DNA of 64,000 nt from contig CAWAOP010000025.1 of the NCBI GenBank assembly GCA_963783505.1, positions 76 to 64,075 on the forward strand, written 5' to 3'. Position numbers and translations under genes: made by a program. Source of the DNA: Terriglobia bacterium. GTDB taxonomy: Bacteria; Acidobacteriota; Terriglobia; Bryobacterales; Bryobacteraceae. Below are positions 1-9,669 of this stretch, piece by piece. Numbering within the stretch: position 1 is the stretch's first letter; every line of letters starts with the position of its first letter. The notes under the pieces were generated by a model. The model had not been told where the DNA came from, did no database searches, and saw only the letters and a list, made by a program, of their open reading frames with translations.

Positions 1-222
1 ACGGGTGTGAATTGGTTGAACCTGATGTAATACGAAAACCGGAAAAAAATATTAGCCTTATGGATGCGGAAGTTGCGTCTGAGACTCAGGCAAGACATGA
101 GGAACCATTGGCTTCGGGAGCGCAAGGCGAAAAAGAGGCATCTAAGCGCAAGGAAAACGAAGAAGGCATTGCTGGAACAAGCCAGAAACTCAAAGAGGAA
201 GTTCGCAGGCAACAGCCCACAC

Positions 223-753
223 TCATTCATCTTGCTGCAGGAATGGCAGTGGATGTTGATGGAACCTTGGATTTGCGCGGGCATAGCCATGTGGACGCAC
301 TTGAAAGATTACGGGAGCGCCGAGGCTTTCCAGGGCGGCGAAGACTTCTTTGACTAGCGGGAGCCACTCAATAGAAAGCGCGACTATGGAATTGGGCCGG
401 CAACCGTTTTGGTCCGACTGAACCACGCCGTTTTGAAGGCCAAAATAGACCTCGAAATACTGTTTCCAGTCGAATCGGCCGCGGCCAAACACGCCGTCGC
501 AAACCGTCCGCTTAATCGTTGCCACGGTTCCCGGAAAGACCGTCTCCAGTTCGGTTGCGAGTCGCAACCACAGAGCCGCACGCACGGAGAAAAGCCGAGC
601 GCGCCCCCGGCCCCGACCTTCCCCACCCGAGTCAGGGAAAAAGTGCCTGTCCGCGTAGTTCGCCACTTGCTTTGCCGTCGCTCCAGCGATTTTCCCCAGC
701 TCCGCCGGCTTTAGAAAGGGCTGGTCGAGGTCAATTTGATCGTAATTACTCAT
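223..753 (-). CDS. hypothetical protein with N-terminal HTH-like segment (possible mobile-element regulator)
   Basis: 176-aa ORF. The segment LKPAELGKIAGATAKQVANYADRH resembles a short helix-turn-helix. It lies in the AT-richer left edge beside a tRNA 3'-end-like fragment. No family recognised. Confidence 0.45.
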   Translation of the reverse strand: MSNYDQIDLDQPFLKPAELGKIAGATAKQVANYADRHFFPDSGGEGRGRGRARLFSVRAALWLRLATELETVFPGTVATIKRTVCDGVFGRGRFDWKQYFEVYFGLQNGVVQSDQNGCRPNSIVALSIEWLPLVKEVFAALESLGAPVIFQVRPHGYARANPRFHQHPLPFLQQDE

Positions 754-966
754 TGCTAGTTGCTCGCTATGATAAATTTGTAGAGCAACACGGCCGCAAT
801 GTCAAACTATTTTCTTGAGGGAGGCCGGACGAACCGGCAAGGGCCATGTTCTGCTTAGTAATTAGTAGGTCCGTGTACCGTCCATGTACCAGGAGGTGTG
901 AATCTAGGCAATCTAGTAACAGTGGTAAATTGAAAACGCGGAAGTTACAGATTCCCGGTTGGCCCT

Positions 967-994
967 CGGGGTTCAAGTCCCCCCCCCCGCACCA
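967..994 (+). other. tRNA 3'-end-like fragment (T-arm + acceptor 3' strand + CCA); possible att scar
   Basis: GGGG-TTCAAGT-CCCC T-arm followed by CCCCCGC-A-CCA. The upstream 70 nt cannot be folded into D or anticodon arms and no complementary 5' acceptor strand is present. Confidence 0.35.
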
Positions 995-1110
995 CACCCG
1001 TCCTCTGGGTTCGTGGGCTCTACCGGCATTCATCTCAGCCCTGCCAAGCCCATCGGCGGCGGCTAAATCGAGATACATTCGGAGTTCGGCCTTTCAGGCT
1101 TGAACCCATC

Positions 1111-2097
1111 ATGTTTAACGTCTTCATCATCGACTCCGCCGCGTCGCGGCACATCACCGATATCGACATTGAGAGCGAAGTACTGCGCGGTTGCGCCAGA
1201 ATCCAATCGGTGGCGTTGGACCGCGAATCCGATTTCTTCCCTTACGTGGAACAGGCGGACGCCATCATCGCCTGGCATCACCTGACCTTCGGCGCGGAGG
1301 TCATCGGCCGGCTTGCCAAGACGCGCATCATCGTGCGGTATGGCGTCGGGTTCGACAACATAGACGTTGCCGCCGCCGCGGAGCGAGGCATTCCCGTTGC
1401 GAATGTGCCCGATTACGGTACGGAAGAAGTGGCCGATCACGCCATCACGCTCGCTCTCGCGCTGGTCCGCCAGCTCAAGCCGCTCATGGTGGATACGGCC
1501 CGCGGCAACTGGGACTACTATACGGGCGCGGCTTGCCGCCGGGTGCGGGAACTGGCGTTCGGGATCGTGGGCTGTGGCCGGATCGGCACGGCCACCGCAC
1601 TACGCGCCCAAGCGCTCGGATTTCAGACCCGGTTCTTCGACCCGTACCTTCCATCGGGTTACGAGAAGGCCATCGGCGTGCCGCGCGTGGACAGTCTCTA
1701 CGAGTTGTTGGAGGCGTCCGACGTTCTCTCGCTTCACGTGCCGCTGACGGATGAGACCCATCTCATGATCGGCCGCGAGCAGTTCGCCCGCATGAAGCCC
1801 ACCGCTTACCTCCTCAACACCGCCCGAGGCGCGGTGGTTAGCCACCAGGCGCTCATGGAGGCCCTGGCCGCGGGAAAGATCGCCGGCGCCGGCCTCGACG
1901 TGTTGGAGCGCGAGCCGGAAGGAATCGAAGCGATTAGCGGATTCCCCAATTGCATTGTGACTCCGCACAGCGCCTTCTACTCGCGGGAATCGATGATTGA
2001 ATTGCGGCGGAAAGCGGCGCAAACCGTTCGCGACGCGCTGATGGAAGGCAAGCTGAGAAACATCGTCAACCAACCAGTCCAGGGAATCGCAAAGTAA
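1111..2097 (+). CDS. D-isomer-specific 2-hydroxyacid dehydrogenase (CtBP/PGDH-like)
   Basis: 328 aa. NAD fold GIVGCGRIG, VANVPDYGTEEVADHA, LLNTARGAVV and GAGLDVLEREP motifs are typical of the family. Confidence 0.9.
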   Translation: MFNVFIIDSAASRHITDIDIESEVLRGCARIQSVALDRESDFFPYVEQADAIIAWHHLTFGAEVIGRLAKTRIIVRYGVGFDNIDVAAAAERGIPVANVPDYGTEEVADHAITLALALVRQLKPLMVDTARGNWDYYTGAACRRVRELAFGIVGCGRIGTATALRAQALGFQTRFFDPYLPSGYEKAIGVPRVDSLYELLEASDVLSLHVPLTDETHLMIGREQFARMKPTAYLLNTARGAVVSHQALMEALAAGKIAGAGLDVLEREPEGIEAISGFPNCIVTPHSAFYSRESMIELRRKAAQTVRDALMEGKLRNIVNQPVQGIAK

Positions 2098-2203
2098 GAG
2101 AAGCGCTCCGGGAAAGAGTGGGGCAGGCGCTGCGGATTTCGAAGACGGATCGCGGGAAGCCCTGGTGGCTGCGTATCCGTCGTTCGGCGAGTTGATTACC
2201 GCG

Positions 2204-2233
2204 CTGACGCGCGTTTGAAGCCTTCGCTATAAT
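2204..2233 (+). promoter_or_regulatory. possible sigma70-type promoter (CTGACG-N18-TATAAT)
   Basis: -35-like CTGACG at 2204-2209 and perfect TATAAT at 2228-2233, about 130 nt upstream of the monooxygenase start. Confidence 0.3.
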
Positions 2234-2363
2234 GCGACATTGGTCCACCGGAGGGGTGGGCACATTCCAAGTCTCCAGGTAGCGTTGCCATCGTGATCTC
2301 ACTCCATCGCCATCTGCGACCGGCGCGTTTCAAAGCGCCGATCCATCGGACTGCGGAGAGCCG

Positions 2364-3614
2364 TTGAAAGTTCTGATTGCCGGAGCGGGACCGGGCGGGC
2401 TGACGGCGGCTCTGTATCTGGCGCGCATGGGAGTCGAATGCGAGGTTTACGAGAGCGTAGGCCAGATCCGCCAGCTTGGTGTGGGCCTCAATCTGCTGCC
2501 TCATGCCGTTCGTGAGCTGACGATACTCGGGATGGCCAACCAACTGGGCTCCGCAGGCGTTGCCACCGCGGAACTCGCGTACTTCGACAAATTCGGTTCC
2601 GAGATTTGGCGCGAGCCTCGCGGAATCGCAGCCGGTTACCGCTGGCCGCAGTACTCCATCCATCGCGGCTCATTTCAGAACATATTGGTGGCCGAGTTTT
2701 GCTCCCGCATTGGAGCCGATCGCCTGCACACCGGTCATCACCTGGCCTCGTTTGAGCAGAACGAACGCGGAGTCGTCGCGCGGTTCGTCGATAAAGCGAG
2801 TGGAGCGCTTCTCGCCGAGGCTCGCGGAGACGTTCTCATCGCCGCCGAAGGGGTCCATTCGGTTGCGCGCATGTTCTATTACCCGAACGAGACCGAGCCG
2901 GTTTACTCCGGCCGCGTCCTTTGGCGCGCCATCGCCGAAGCGCCGCCGTTCCTCACAGGAAGGTCGATGATCATGGCGGGTCACGCCAACCGGAAGTTCG
3001 TGGCTTATCCTCTGTCCGAGCCGTCTCCGCGAACGGGCCGCGCGCTCATCAATTGGGTGGCCGACGTTTTCGTCGGCGGAGACAAGCCACCCATGGCGCG
3101 GGATTGGAACCGCCGCACGGACGCCGCGACCGTGCTCCGCCGCTTTCCGGACTGGCGCTTCGACTGGCTCGATATTCCGGCGCTGATCGAGGGCGCCGAA
3201 ATGGTCTACGAGTACCCTCTGGTGGATCGCGATCCCCTTCCCCGCTGGAGTTTCGGCAGGGTGACGCTGCTGGGAGACGCCGCCCATCCCATGTATCCCG
3301 TCGGGTCGAACGGCGCTTCGCAAGCCATCCTCGACGCTGCCGCGCTGGCTGCCGCTCTCGCGAGCGAGACCGATCCCGGCGATGCGCTGCGCGCTTACGA
3401 AGCGGAACGGCTGGAGAAGACCGCGAGGATCGTCCTGTCCAACCGCCAACAAGGGCCGGAGGCCGTCATGCAAATGGTGGAAGACCGCGCGCCAAACGGA
3501 TTCCGGAATCTCTTCGACGTGATCTCCAGGGAAGAGTTGGAAGAAGTAGCGAGTCGCTACAAGGCGGTCGCAGGTTTTGACCGCGACCGGCTGAACTCGA
3601 TGCCGATGCGGTAG
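2364..3614 (+). CDS. FAD-dependent aromatic-ring monooxygenase (salicylate hydroxylase-like)
   Basis: 416 aa, TTG start. N-terminal KVLIAGAGPGGLTAALYL dinucleotide fold. LLGDAAHPMYPVGSNGASQAILDA flavoprotein monooxygenase motif. Confidence 0.9.
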   Translation: MKVLIAGAGPGGLTAALYLARMGVECEVYESVGQIRQLGVGLNLLPHAVRELTILGMANQLGSAGVATAELAYFDKFGSEIWREPRGIAAGYRWPQYSIHRGSFQNILVAEFCSRIGADRLHTGHHLASFEQNERGVVARFVDKASGALLAEARGDVLIAAEGVHSVARMFYYPNETEPVYSGRVLWRAIAEAPPFLTGRSMIMAGHANRKFVAYPLSEPSPRTGRALINWVADVFVGGDKPPMARDWNRRTDAATVLRRFPDWRFDWLDIPALIEGAEMVYEYPLVDRDPLPRWSFGRVTLLGDAAHPMYPVGSNGASQAILDAAALAAALASETDPGDALRAYEAERLEKTARIVLSNRQQGPEAVMQMVEDRAPNGFRNLFDVISREELEEVASRYKAVAGFDRDRLNSMPMR

Positions 3615-3684
3615 CGGGATCGAGAGTCACATCTGAGATCGATCCCTGAGTGCTACACTATTCGTACTTTAAGGAGGGCGGAAC

Positions 3685-5751
3685 GTGCGTCACGCGCTTT
3701 CTCTCATCCCGCCGCGGTGTCTCGGAGCGGTATTCCCTCTTCTCTTCGCGGCCCTTTTCCCCACGCTAGCCCAGTCGCAGACCGACACAATCGCCGGGGA
3801 ATTTCGGCCTGACCCGCCCACTCTCACCGCTCTCGGCTTCGAGTGGCGGATTACGGGGGACGATAACCGGAATGCGCGCGTCGAGGCGACGTACCGGAAA
3901 AAAGGCGAGCAGGCATGGCGCCAGGCGCTGCCGTTGTTACGCCTCCAGCATGAGGCCGTGACGAACGGAGGACCGGGCCGCGGGCGCAACTGGTATTACA
4001 CCTACGAGGCGCCGAACATGTTCGCCGGCAGCATCCTGAATCTGGAGCCGGGAACGGAGTATGAATGCCATTTCGTTCTTTCCGATCCCGATGGCGTACA
4101 AGGCGAAGCCGAGAAAACGGTGACCGTGCGCACGCGCGAAGAGCCGCAGCCGGCCCAGGGCGGCCATATGTATCACGTCTATCCGTTCGGATACCAGGGC
4201 GAGCGGCAGCAGCCCGCCTTCACGGGCCTGATGGCCGCGTATTATATGGGGGCCGACGAATCCGACCATTCCAACGTATCGCCGCCCCGCGTCCAACCGG
4301 GCGATATCATCCTGCTGCACGCCGGATTGTACAAGGACAGCCGGTTTGTGTACGGCGGCTTCGACCGGACCATTCCGGCGTTAGGAACTCCCTTTGACGG
4401 CACGTACTATCTGACCCAGAGCGGCACGGCCGCGAAACCCATCGTCATCAAATCGGCCGGCGATGGAGAGGTGATCTTCGATGGGGACGGCTGCCAATAC
4501 CTGTTCAACATGATGGCCGCCAATTACAACTACTTCGAAGGCATCACCGTTCGAAACACCAACGTGGCGTTTCTCGCCGGGCTGAAGAACATCGCCGGAT
4601 CGAGCGGGTTCACACTGAAGCATTCCAGGCTGGAGAATATCGGCCGCGGCGTGCAGGCCGAATGGTCGGGGTCGAAGGATTTCTACATCGCCGACAACGT
4701 CTTCATCGGCCGGCACGACCCGCTCAAGCTGCAAAGCTGGAACCCCGCGAACGTGTGGTCGAAGTTCCCCGGCTTTCCGTCATCCATCGCCTCCGAGTAC
4801 GCGGTCAAGGTGTATGGCCAGGGCCACGTGATCGCATACAATTACGTGGCGAACTGGCACGATGGAACCGATATCGCCACCTATGGAGATCCCGACGGCA
4901 CGCCCAACGAGCTTCCGGACCGCACGCCCGTCTCCATCGATATCTACAACAACGATTACTACAACATGGCGGATAACTGCATCGAAGCCGATGGTGGCGC
5001 GCACAACATCCGCGTCTTCCGGAATCGCTGTTTCAACTCGGCGGGAGGCGCGCTGAGCGCGCAGCCCTCCTTCGGCGGTCCGACGTACTTCTACCAGAAC
5101 CTGGTCTATGCGGCCACCAGCGGCGGCCCTTTGAAGTTCCTGGACACGCCGGCGGGAGTCCTGACCTATCAAAACACGTTCGTGGGCCAGGGCACGATGA
5201 TCGGCCCGGCGGCGAACATCCACTTCCTGAACAACCTATTCGTGGGCGACAACTGGAACGTGCCGGTGTTCAGCGTGCGCACGTTTACGAATTACTCGAC
5301 GTCCGATTACAACGGCTTCAGGCCGAACGCCAACGTCGAGTATCCGTTCGCATGGAACTCCCCGGCCTTCGAGACAGCCACCGATTACAGAGGGCAGCAG
5401 GTCACGCGGCGATTCAAGACGCTCAAGGAACTGAGCGAAGCCACCGGGCAGGAAAAACACAGCGCGCTGGTCGATTACGACATCTTCGTCAAGGTAACGA
5501 TGCCGGACCCGGCCGATCCGCAGCATCTGTACAATCCCGAAGATTTCGATTTCCGTCTGAAGCCGGGCTCCGCGGCCATCGACGCCGGCGTAGCGTTACC
5601 GACGATCAACGACGATTTCTCTGGCAAAGCGCCGGACCTCGGCGCCTACGAATTGGATCGGCCAGTCCCGCACTACGGTCCGCGAACAGCGCCAGTGGGC
5701 GCCGCACCAGCGGGAGCCCCGAGGTCAGTGACAGGCCCGCCAGGACGCTAA
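3685..5751 (+). CDS. secreted right-handed beta-helix repeat protein (polysaccharide lyase/hydrolase-like)
   Basis: 688 aa. Signal peptide ...LFAALFPTLAQSQ. Repeated short N/G-rich turns (NNDYYNMADNCIEADGGAHNIRVFRNRCFNS) typical of parallel beta-helix proteins. Confidence 0.7.
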   Translation: MRHALSLIPPRCLGAVFPLLFAALFPTLAQSQTDTIAGEFRPDPPTLTALGFEWRITGDDNRNARVEATYRKKGEQAWRQALPLLRLQHEAVTNGGPGRGRNWYYTYEAPNMFAGSILNLEPGTEYECHFVLSDPDGVQGEAEKTVTVRTREEPQPAQGGHMYHVYPFGYQGERQQPAFTGLMAAYYMGADESDHSNVSPPRVQPGDIILLHAGLYKDSRFVYGGFDRTIPALGTPFDGTYYLTQSGTAAKPIVIKSAGDGEVIFDGDGCQYLFNMMAANYNYFEGITVRNTNVAFLAGLKNIAGSSGFTLKHSRLENIGRGVQAEWSGSKDFYIADNVFIGRHDPLKLQSWNPANVWSKFPGFPSSIASEYAVKVYGQGHVIAYNYVANWHDGTDIATYGDPDGTPNELPDRTPVSIDIYNNDYYNMADNCIEADGGAHNIRVFRNRCFNSAGGALSAQPSFGGPTYFYQNLVYAATSGGPLKFLDTPAGVLTYQNTFVGQGTMIGPAANIHFLNNLFVGDNWNVPVFSVRTFTNYSTSDYNGFRPNANVEYPFAWNSPAFETATDYRGQQVTRRFKTLKELSEATGQEKHSALVDYDIFVKVTMPDPADPQHLYNPEDFDFRLKPGSAAIDAGVALPTINDDFSGKAPDLGAYELDRPVPHYGPRTAPVGAAPAGAPRSVTGPPGR

Positions 5752-6122
5752 TGCAGCTTTAGCCGCTTTGCCCGCCGGCTTGACGGTCCGTGACGTTCTT
5801 CTCATTCTTGCCGTGTTCGCGGTCCTACCGTTCGATCGACTTAGCCCCTCCGGAGGCATTGACGTATTCCCCCGCCGTTTCCGTGCCGGGCCCAGGGGGC
5901 ACCCCGAAATGAGCGGTCAGCCGGGCGGTGATCATTCTGCAGACTATCCGCGCAGCGCTACGCGACCGATCCGGTGTTTGCCCCCGGCGAAGAGGTCCGC
6001 GGTATCTTCGGGTTCCGGCCAACCGCTCCCTTTGGTCGCGGCACGGAAAGAAGCGTATCCCGATTCGCCCGCGGGCAAAGCCAGAGGTTTCTGGAGAGGC
6101 TTACGCTTCCGCGCGGCGGACT

Positions 6123-8402
6123 TCACTTCACTTCGAAGTGAATGATCTCGCCGAACAGCCGGCCGGTAGATTGTTCTCGGACGAGCAATTTGCAATCGTA
6201 CGAGCCGGCTTGCAGCATGAAGGCAGTTTGGTCCGGACCGGCCGAGGCCTCCATCATGTCCCGCATGGTTGCGGCGACCGTTGGGCTCTCGCCTGTGCTT
6301 GCCGAGGTCGTGATTTGCGCGATGATATCGACGCGACCGGAAAGCGTATCGAGCGGAACGGTGAGAACTTGACGCGCTTCAGGCGGATACGTCCCCATGG
6401 TCGCTCGCCGGCCGGGGAGCCCCGCGAGCAGGTTCGCCGCGGTTGATCCCTCCTGCCCTGCCTTTTCGCGTGACAGTGCTTCCGCCAAACTGCGGTTAAG
6501 CTCTGGCGTGCCTGTGTAAGTCTGAAGCGGCGGCGGCCAATTCACTCGCGGGCTGACGCTCCCCGGCCGAAACTCGACTTCCACGTTGCTGCGGAAACTC
6601 TCCAGATAGTTGTAGCGCCAGATTTGGCGCGGGTTCTGCGCGTCGGAGCTTTGGTCGTCGATCCGGTCCGGCGGACCGTAGTTGATGTAGAACCGAGCCG
6701 GCGCGCTAGCGCTGGCAAAATGCTCCCGCGCGTACGCCACACGGCGGTTGTATTCCTCTTGCGATACGCCCGCTGGCGGGGTTGGCGATACGGTCCAGCC
6801 TGCACCTCGGCCGCCGGGTTGCGGCGGCGTTGGTACTGCGGATGCGCCATTTACCTGTGACGCGCCAAATCGCAGCGCTCCATCGCTCCTATCCAGGTCG
6901 ATCGGGAAGAGAGCAACGCCCGCGCGAACGGCGGCGTTCATTGCGCTTGTCATCTGGGCTTGGTCGCCTAGAGCCAGCCCCGCGGATCCGCCCGATAAAT
7001 AGACGAGCGCTTTGTTTCCCGGCAGAGATCCCAACATCTGCACCGCCACTTGCAGAACTGCGAGCCTGCGGTCGGTACCGTTCGCGGCGCCGCCTGGGTC
7101 TCCTGGGCTGAGTTTCTGGATCGCAGATTCCAGCGCGGCCTTGTCGGCCGTAAAGTCCTGTGCAACCGTTACCTTGCCGCCAGAAACACTCATGACCGCG
7201 ACGGAATCGTCCGGATGCACGCTGTTTTGGACGAAAGAAATCGCCCTCTCCCGCGACCTGGCCTGGTCGTCGGGATTCATCGCATCCAAATCCAACAGGA
7301 GCGCCATCAAGCGGTGGTCGGTGTAACGGAACTCTGGCGACGGGGCAGTGGCCGGCTGTGCTTGGGGGTTCACCGGCGCGGCGAAGGCCGCCTGTGCAGT
7401 CTCACCGGGGGCCACCGCCGCCAGGAACGGATGCGCGCGGATCGCGGGCGCGTTCCCCGCGGCGATCAGCACGCCGATTGCGACCGGTCCCGCCAGCGCC
7501 GCAACTCCGGTGGCCGCAAGCAGTATTCTTTTTGCGCGAGTCAAACCTTGCCCGATTCGGTTCGTCATAATGGCCTCGATTCTTTTCTTCAGATCCGCCC
7601 CCGTCACGCCCGCCACGCACACCAGCGGAGATTCCACGTACGACTTACAAACGTTAAGAATCGCGTCCGCATAGGTTCGCGGCTCGTTGCCCAGCGTGAG
7701 CACTCCTTCGTCGCACGCGCGTTCGCGTTCCTCAATCAGCCTCGCTCCGATCCACCACACAAACGGATGGAACCAGAACACGGCTTCCACTACCATGTGA
7801 ATCGCCGCGAACAGATTGTCGCGCCGCCGCACGTGGCACAGTTCATGAGCCAGCACGGCTTCGAGTTGCGGCGAGCGTCAGCCGCTCCACAATGTCCGCG
7901 GGCAGCAACAGCGCCGGCCGCAGCCATCCCACTACGCCGGGTTCCAGCAAGCCTGGCGCGGCGCGGATCTCGACTTCGGCGGGAATTGCCATCGGCTCGC
8001 TGGCGCGGAGTGCAGCCCGGACGCCGGCGCCATTGCCGCAGACGCATGGCGGCGATGGCGAAAAATCCACATGCCCACACCGCTGCGATTGCCATAGGCA
8101 TCCAATTCACGGGCACGAGGCGCTACGGATCGAGAGCGGCGAACCGGCGTAAACGGTTGCGCCATGGTCTCCACCGCGAAGGTCAGCTCCGGCGTGACGA
8201 TCCTCTGCGCCGCCGGAGCAAAGTGCAGATGGCCGCCCATGCTCATCAACAGCGAGAACGGCAGCAGAAATTTCAGCGACGCGCTCAGCCACAACCAGAA
8301 GCGGACTCCGGCGTGGTTCTTGCGAAACGCTAGGGTCAGCAACCCGCCGCCAGAGCGAACACCGTGGATTGCCAAAGATGAGACGACCAGATCGCCGAAC
8401 AT
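6123..8402 (-). pseudogene. BlaR1-type M56 peptidase/signal transducer with VWA + GWxTD-like C-terminal region, interrupted by three frameshifts
   Basis: N-terminal TM part reads in the frame of ORF 7932-8402. PVNWMPMAIAAVWACGFFAIAAMRLRQWRR reads in the frame of 7790-8116. PAEVEIRAAPGLLEPGVVGWLRPALLLPADIVERLT reads in the frame of 7843-8070. LEAVLAHELCHVRRRDNL (HExxH) and the remaining 577 aa read in 6123-7856. Confidence 0.8.
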
Positions 8403-8408
8403 GGGGAA

Positions 8409-8798
8409 TCACGCCTCCTTTCTTTTGTTCCGCTGGTCAAGCCGCTTGATGGTCTTCTCCAGCTCCCGGACGTCGTCGAGCGTCAGCTTGCCCGCTTCGG
8501 CGAGCTGCGCCATCATGGGCTGCGCGCGGCCGCCAAAGAAACTCAAGATTTCGTCGAGCAGCCGGTGGCGCGCAACGTCGCGCGCAATGGCGGGCTCGAA
8601 AATGTGGGCGTTCCCGATTTTCCGCAGGCGGCGCACGGCGTTCTTCCCTTCCATCCGGTAGACCGTGGTCTGGATGGTGGTGTAGGCCGGGCGCGGTTCC
8701 GGAAACGCTTCCTGGATTTCGCGGATGGACGCTTTGCCCTGGGTCCAGAGCGCTTCGAGAATCCGAAGTTCCAGCCGCGTCAGTTTCGGTCGTTTCAT
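8409..8798 (-). CDS. BlaI/MecI/CopY-family transcriptional repressor
   Basis: 129 aa. LTRLELRILEALWTQGKASIREIQEAF...YTTIQTTVYRMEGKNAV winged-helix signature. Immediately upstream of the M56 gene on the same strand. Confidence 0.9.
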   Translation of the reverse strand: MKRPKLTRLELRILEALWTQGKASIREIQEAFPEPRPAYTTIQTTVYRMEGKNAVRRLRKIGNAHIFEPAIARDVARHRLLDEILSFFGGRAQPMMAQLAEAGKLTLDDVRELEKTIKRLDQRNKRKEA

Positions 8799-8802
8799 GG
8801 CA

Positions 8803-8843
8803 ATCTACTATGTCCAGTTCGAATCTACTACTAAATAGTAGAT
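8803..8843. promoter_or_regulatory. candidate BlaI operator (inverted repeat ATCTACTA-N5-TAGTAGAT plus extra half-site)
   Basis: Perfect 8-bp inverted repeat at 8823-8830/8836-8843 and a third ATCTACTA copy at 8803-8810, starting 5 nt upstream of the blaI-like start codon. Confidence 0.5.
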
Positions 8844-8969
8844 GTGTCAAGAGAATTCTCCGAGCCCGCTCATTCACGGTTTTGGGGGCAGGTCAGGCTG
8901 GCGCTTCTGGCCGGCGTCCCGCCGGAGCGCGCAAATTCTCGCCCCGCCGTCCGAAAAAGTCGGCTGAGA

Positions 8970-9347
8970 TTAGACGGCGAGCAGTTTCACTCCGGGAATA
9001 TCCGCGAAGTCCGCCGCGTTCAGCGTCCACACTTCGGCGGCCAGATTGATGGCGCAGGCGGCGATTGCGATATCGATCTCGCGGCCCTTCGGGCGCCGAA
9101 GTTCGCGATAGAGCTTCGCGCTCAACCGAGCGTCCGCGGCGGAGAACGCAAGAGCGGCCTCCCCAGGGAACAACGACTCCTGAACGGCGAGTTCGGCGGC
9201 TGTTCGCGGGCCGCGAAGCCACTCGAACAACACGAGTGACGTCAGCGCCATCCTCGCCCCGCGCTCCACCAGCGAATAGAGCTTCGGGCCCGACCTCCTG
9301 GGGCCGGTGAGACTATCGATCAGCGCCGACGTGTCGATGAGAATCAC
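8970..9347 (-). CDS. vapC: PIN-domain toxin VapC
   Basis: 125 aa. MILIDTSALID start and the acidic residue pattern of PIN domains. 4-nt overlap with the upstream RHH gene. Confidence 0.85.
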   Translation of the reverse strand: MILIDTSALIDSLTGPRRSGPKLYSLVERGARMALTSLVLFEWLRGPRTAAELAVQESLFPGEAALAFSAADARLSAKLYRELRRPKGREIDIAIAACAINLAAEVWTLNAADFADIPGVKLLAV

Positions 9348-9637
9348 TCGGTCTGTCCTTCGGGGGTTCTTCTGCCTCCCGCGCGACGCGCCGCTCGCAG
9401 AGCGCGAAGTTCGCGGTCGACCGCTCTCGAATCCCGAGCTCCAGGCCGGGCGAAGTAATCGTCCAAGACCCGCAGCATGGCCAGCCGTTCCCGCTCGCTC
9501 AAGCGGCCGATTCGTTCGGAGTATTCCAGGATCGCCTCGCGTACAACCCGGCTCTTGGAGAAAGCCAGGGTGGAGGAGGCTCGCTGAAGACGGCCGACGG
9601 TGTCGTCATCCAAGACGAAGGTCATCTTGGTTCCCAT
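9344..9637 (-). CDS. vapB: ribbon-helix-helix antitoxin (VapB-like)
   Basis: MGTKMTFVLDDDTVGRLQRASSTLAFSKSRVVREAILEY is a CopG/RHH-like N-terminus. Start chosen at the first Met after the stop (9670) of the upstream gene. Confidence 0.7.
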   Translation of the reverse strand: MGTKMTFVLDDDTVGRLQRASSTLAFSKSRVVREAILEYSERIGRLSERERLAMLRVLDDYFARPGARDSRAVDRELRALRAARRAGGRRTPEGQTE

Positions 9638-9669
9638 ATCTGTACCATACCACCATACTGCAATCCCGA

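Noticed and set aside
12-353. 113-aa (+) ORF at the window start (charged, Lys/Glu-rich).
   Set aside because: It overlaps the 3' end of ORF 223-753(-), has no recognisable family, and may run in from outside the window. The evidence is insufficient to call it.
905-994. Possible complete tRNA or tmRNA gene ending at ACCA (994).
   Set aside because: Only the T-arm and 3' acceptor strand fit. There is no complementary 5' acceptor strand and no foldable D or anticodon arm. There is no G3:U pair or tag-coding region for tmRNA. It is kept only as a fragment.
7050-8333. Long ORFs antisense to, or out of frame with, recognised genes. Examples: 7050-8333(+), 21093-22703(+), 34463-35797(-), 35088-36659(-), 38730-39746(+), 39753-40784(+), 42836-44143(-), 50632-51681(-), 51536-52792(-), 53373-54755(-).
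   Set aside because: All overlap genes with clear family signatures on the other strand or frame. Their translations are Arg/Pro/Gly/Ala-rich low-complexity strings, typical of shadow ORFs in GC-rich DNA.
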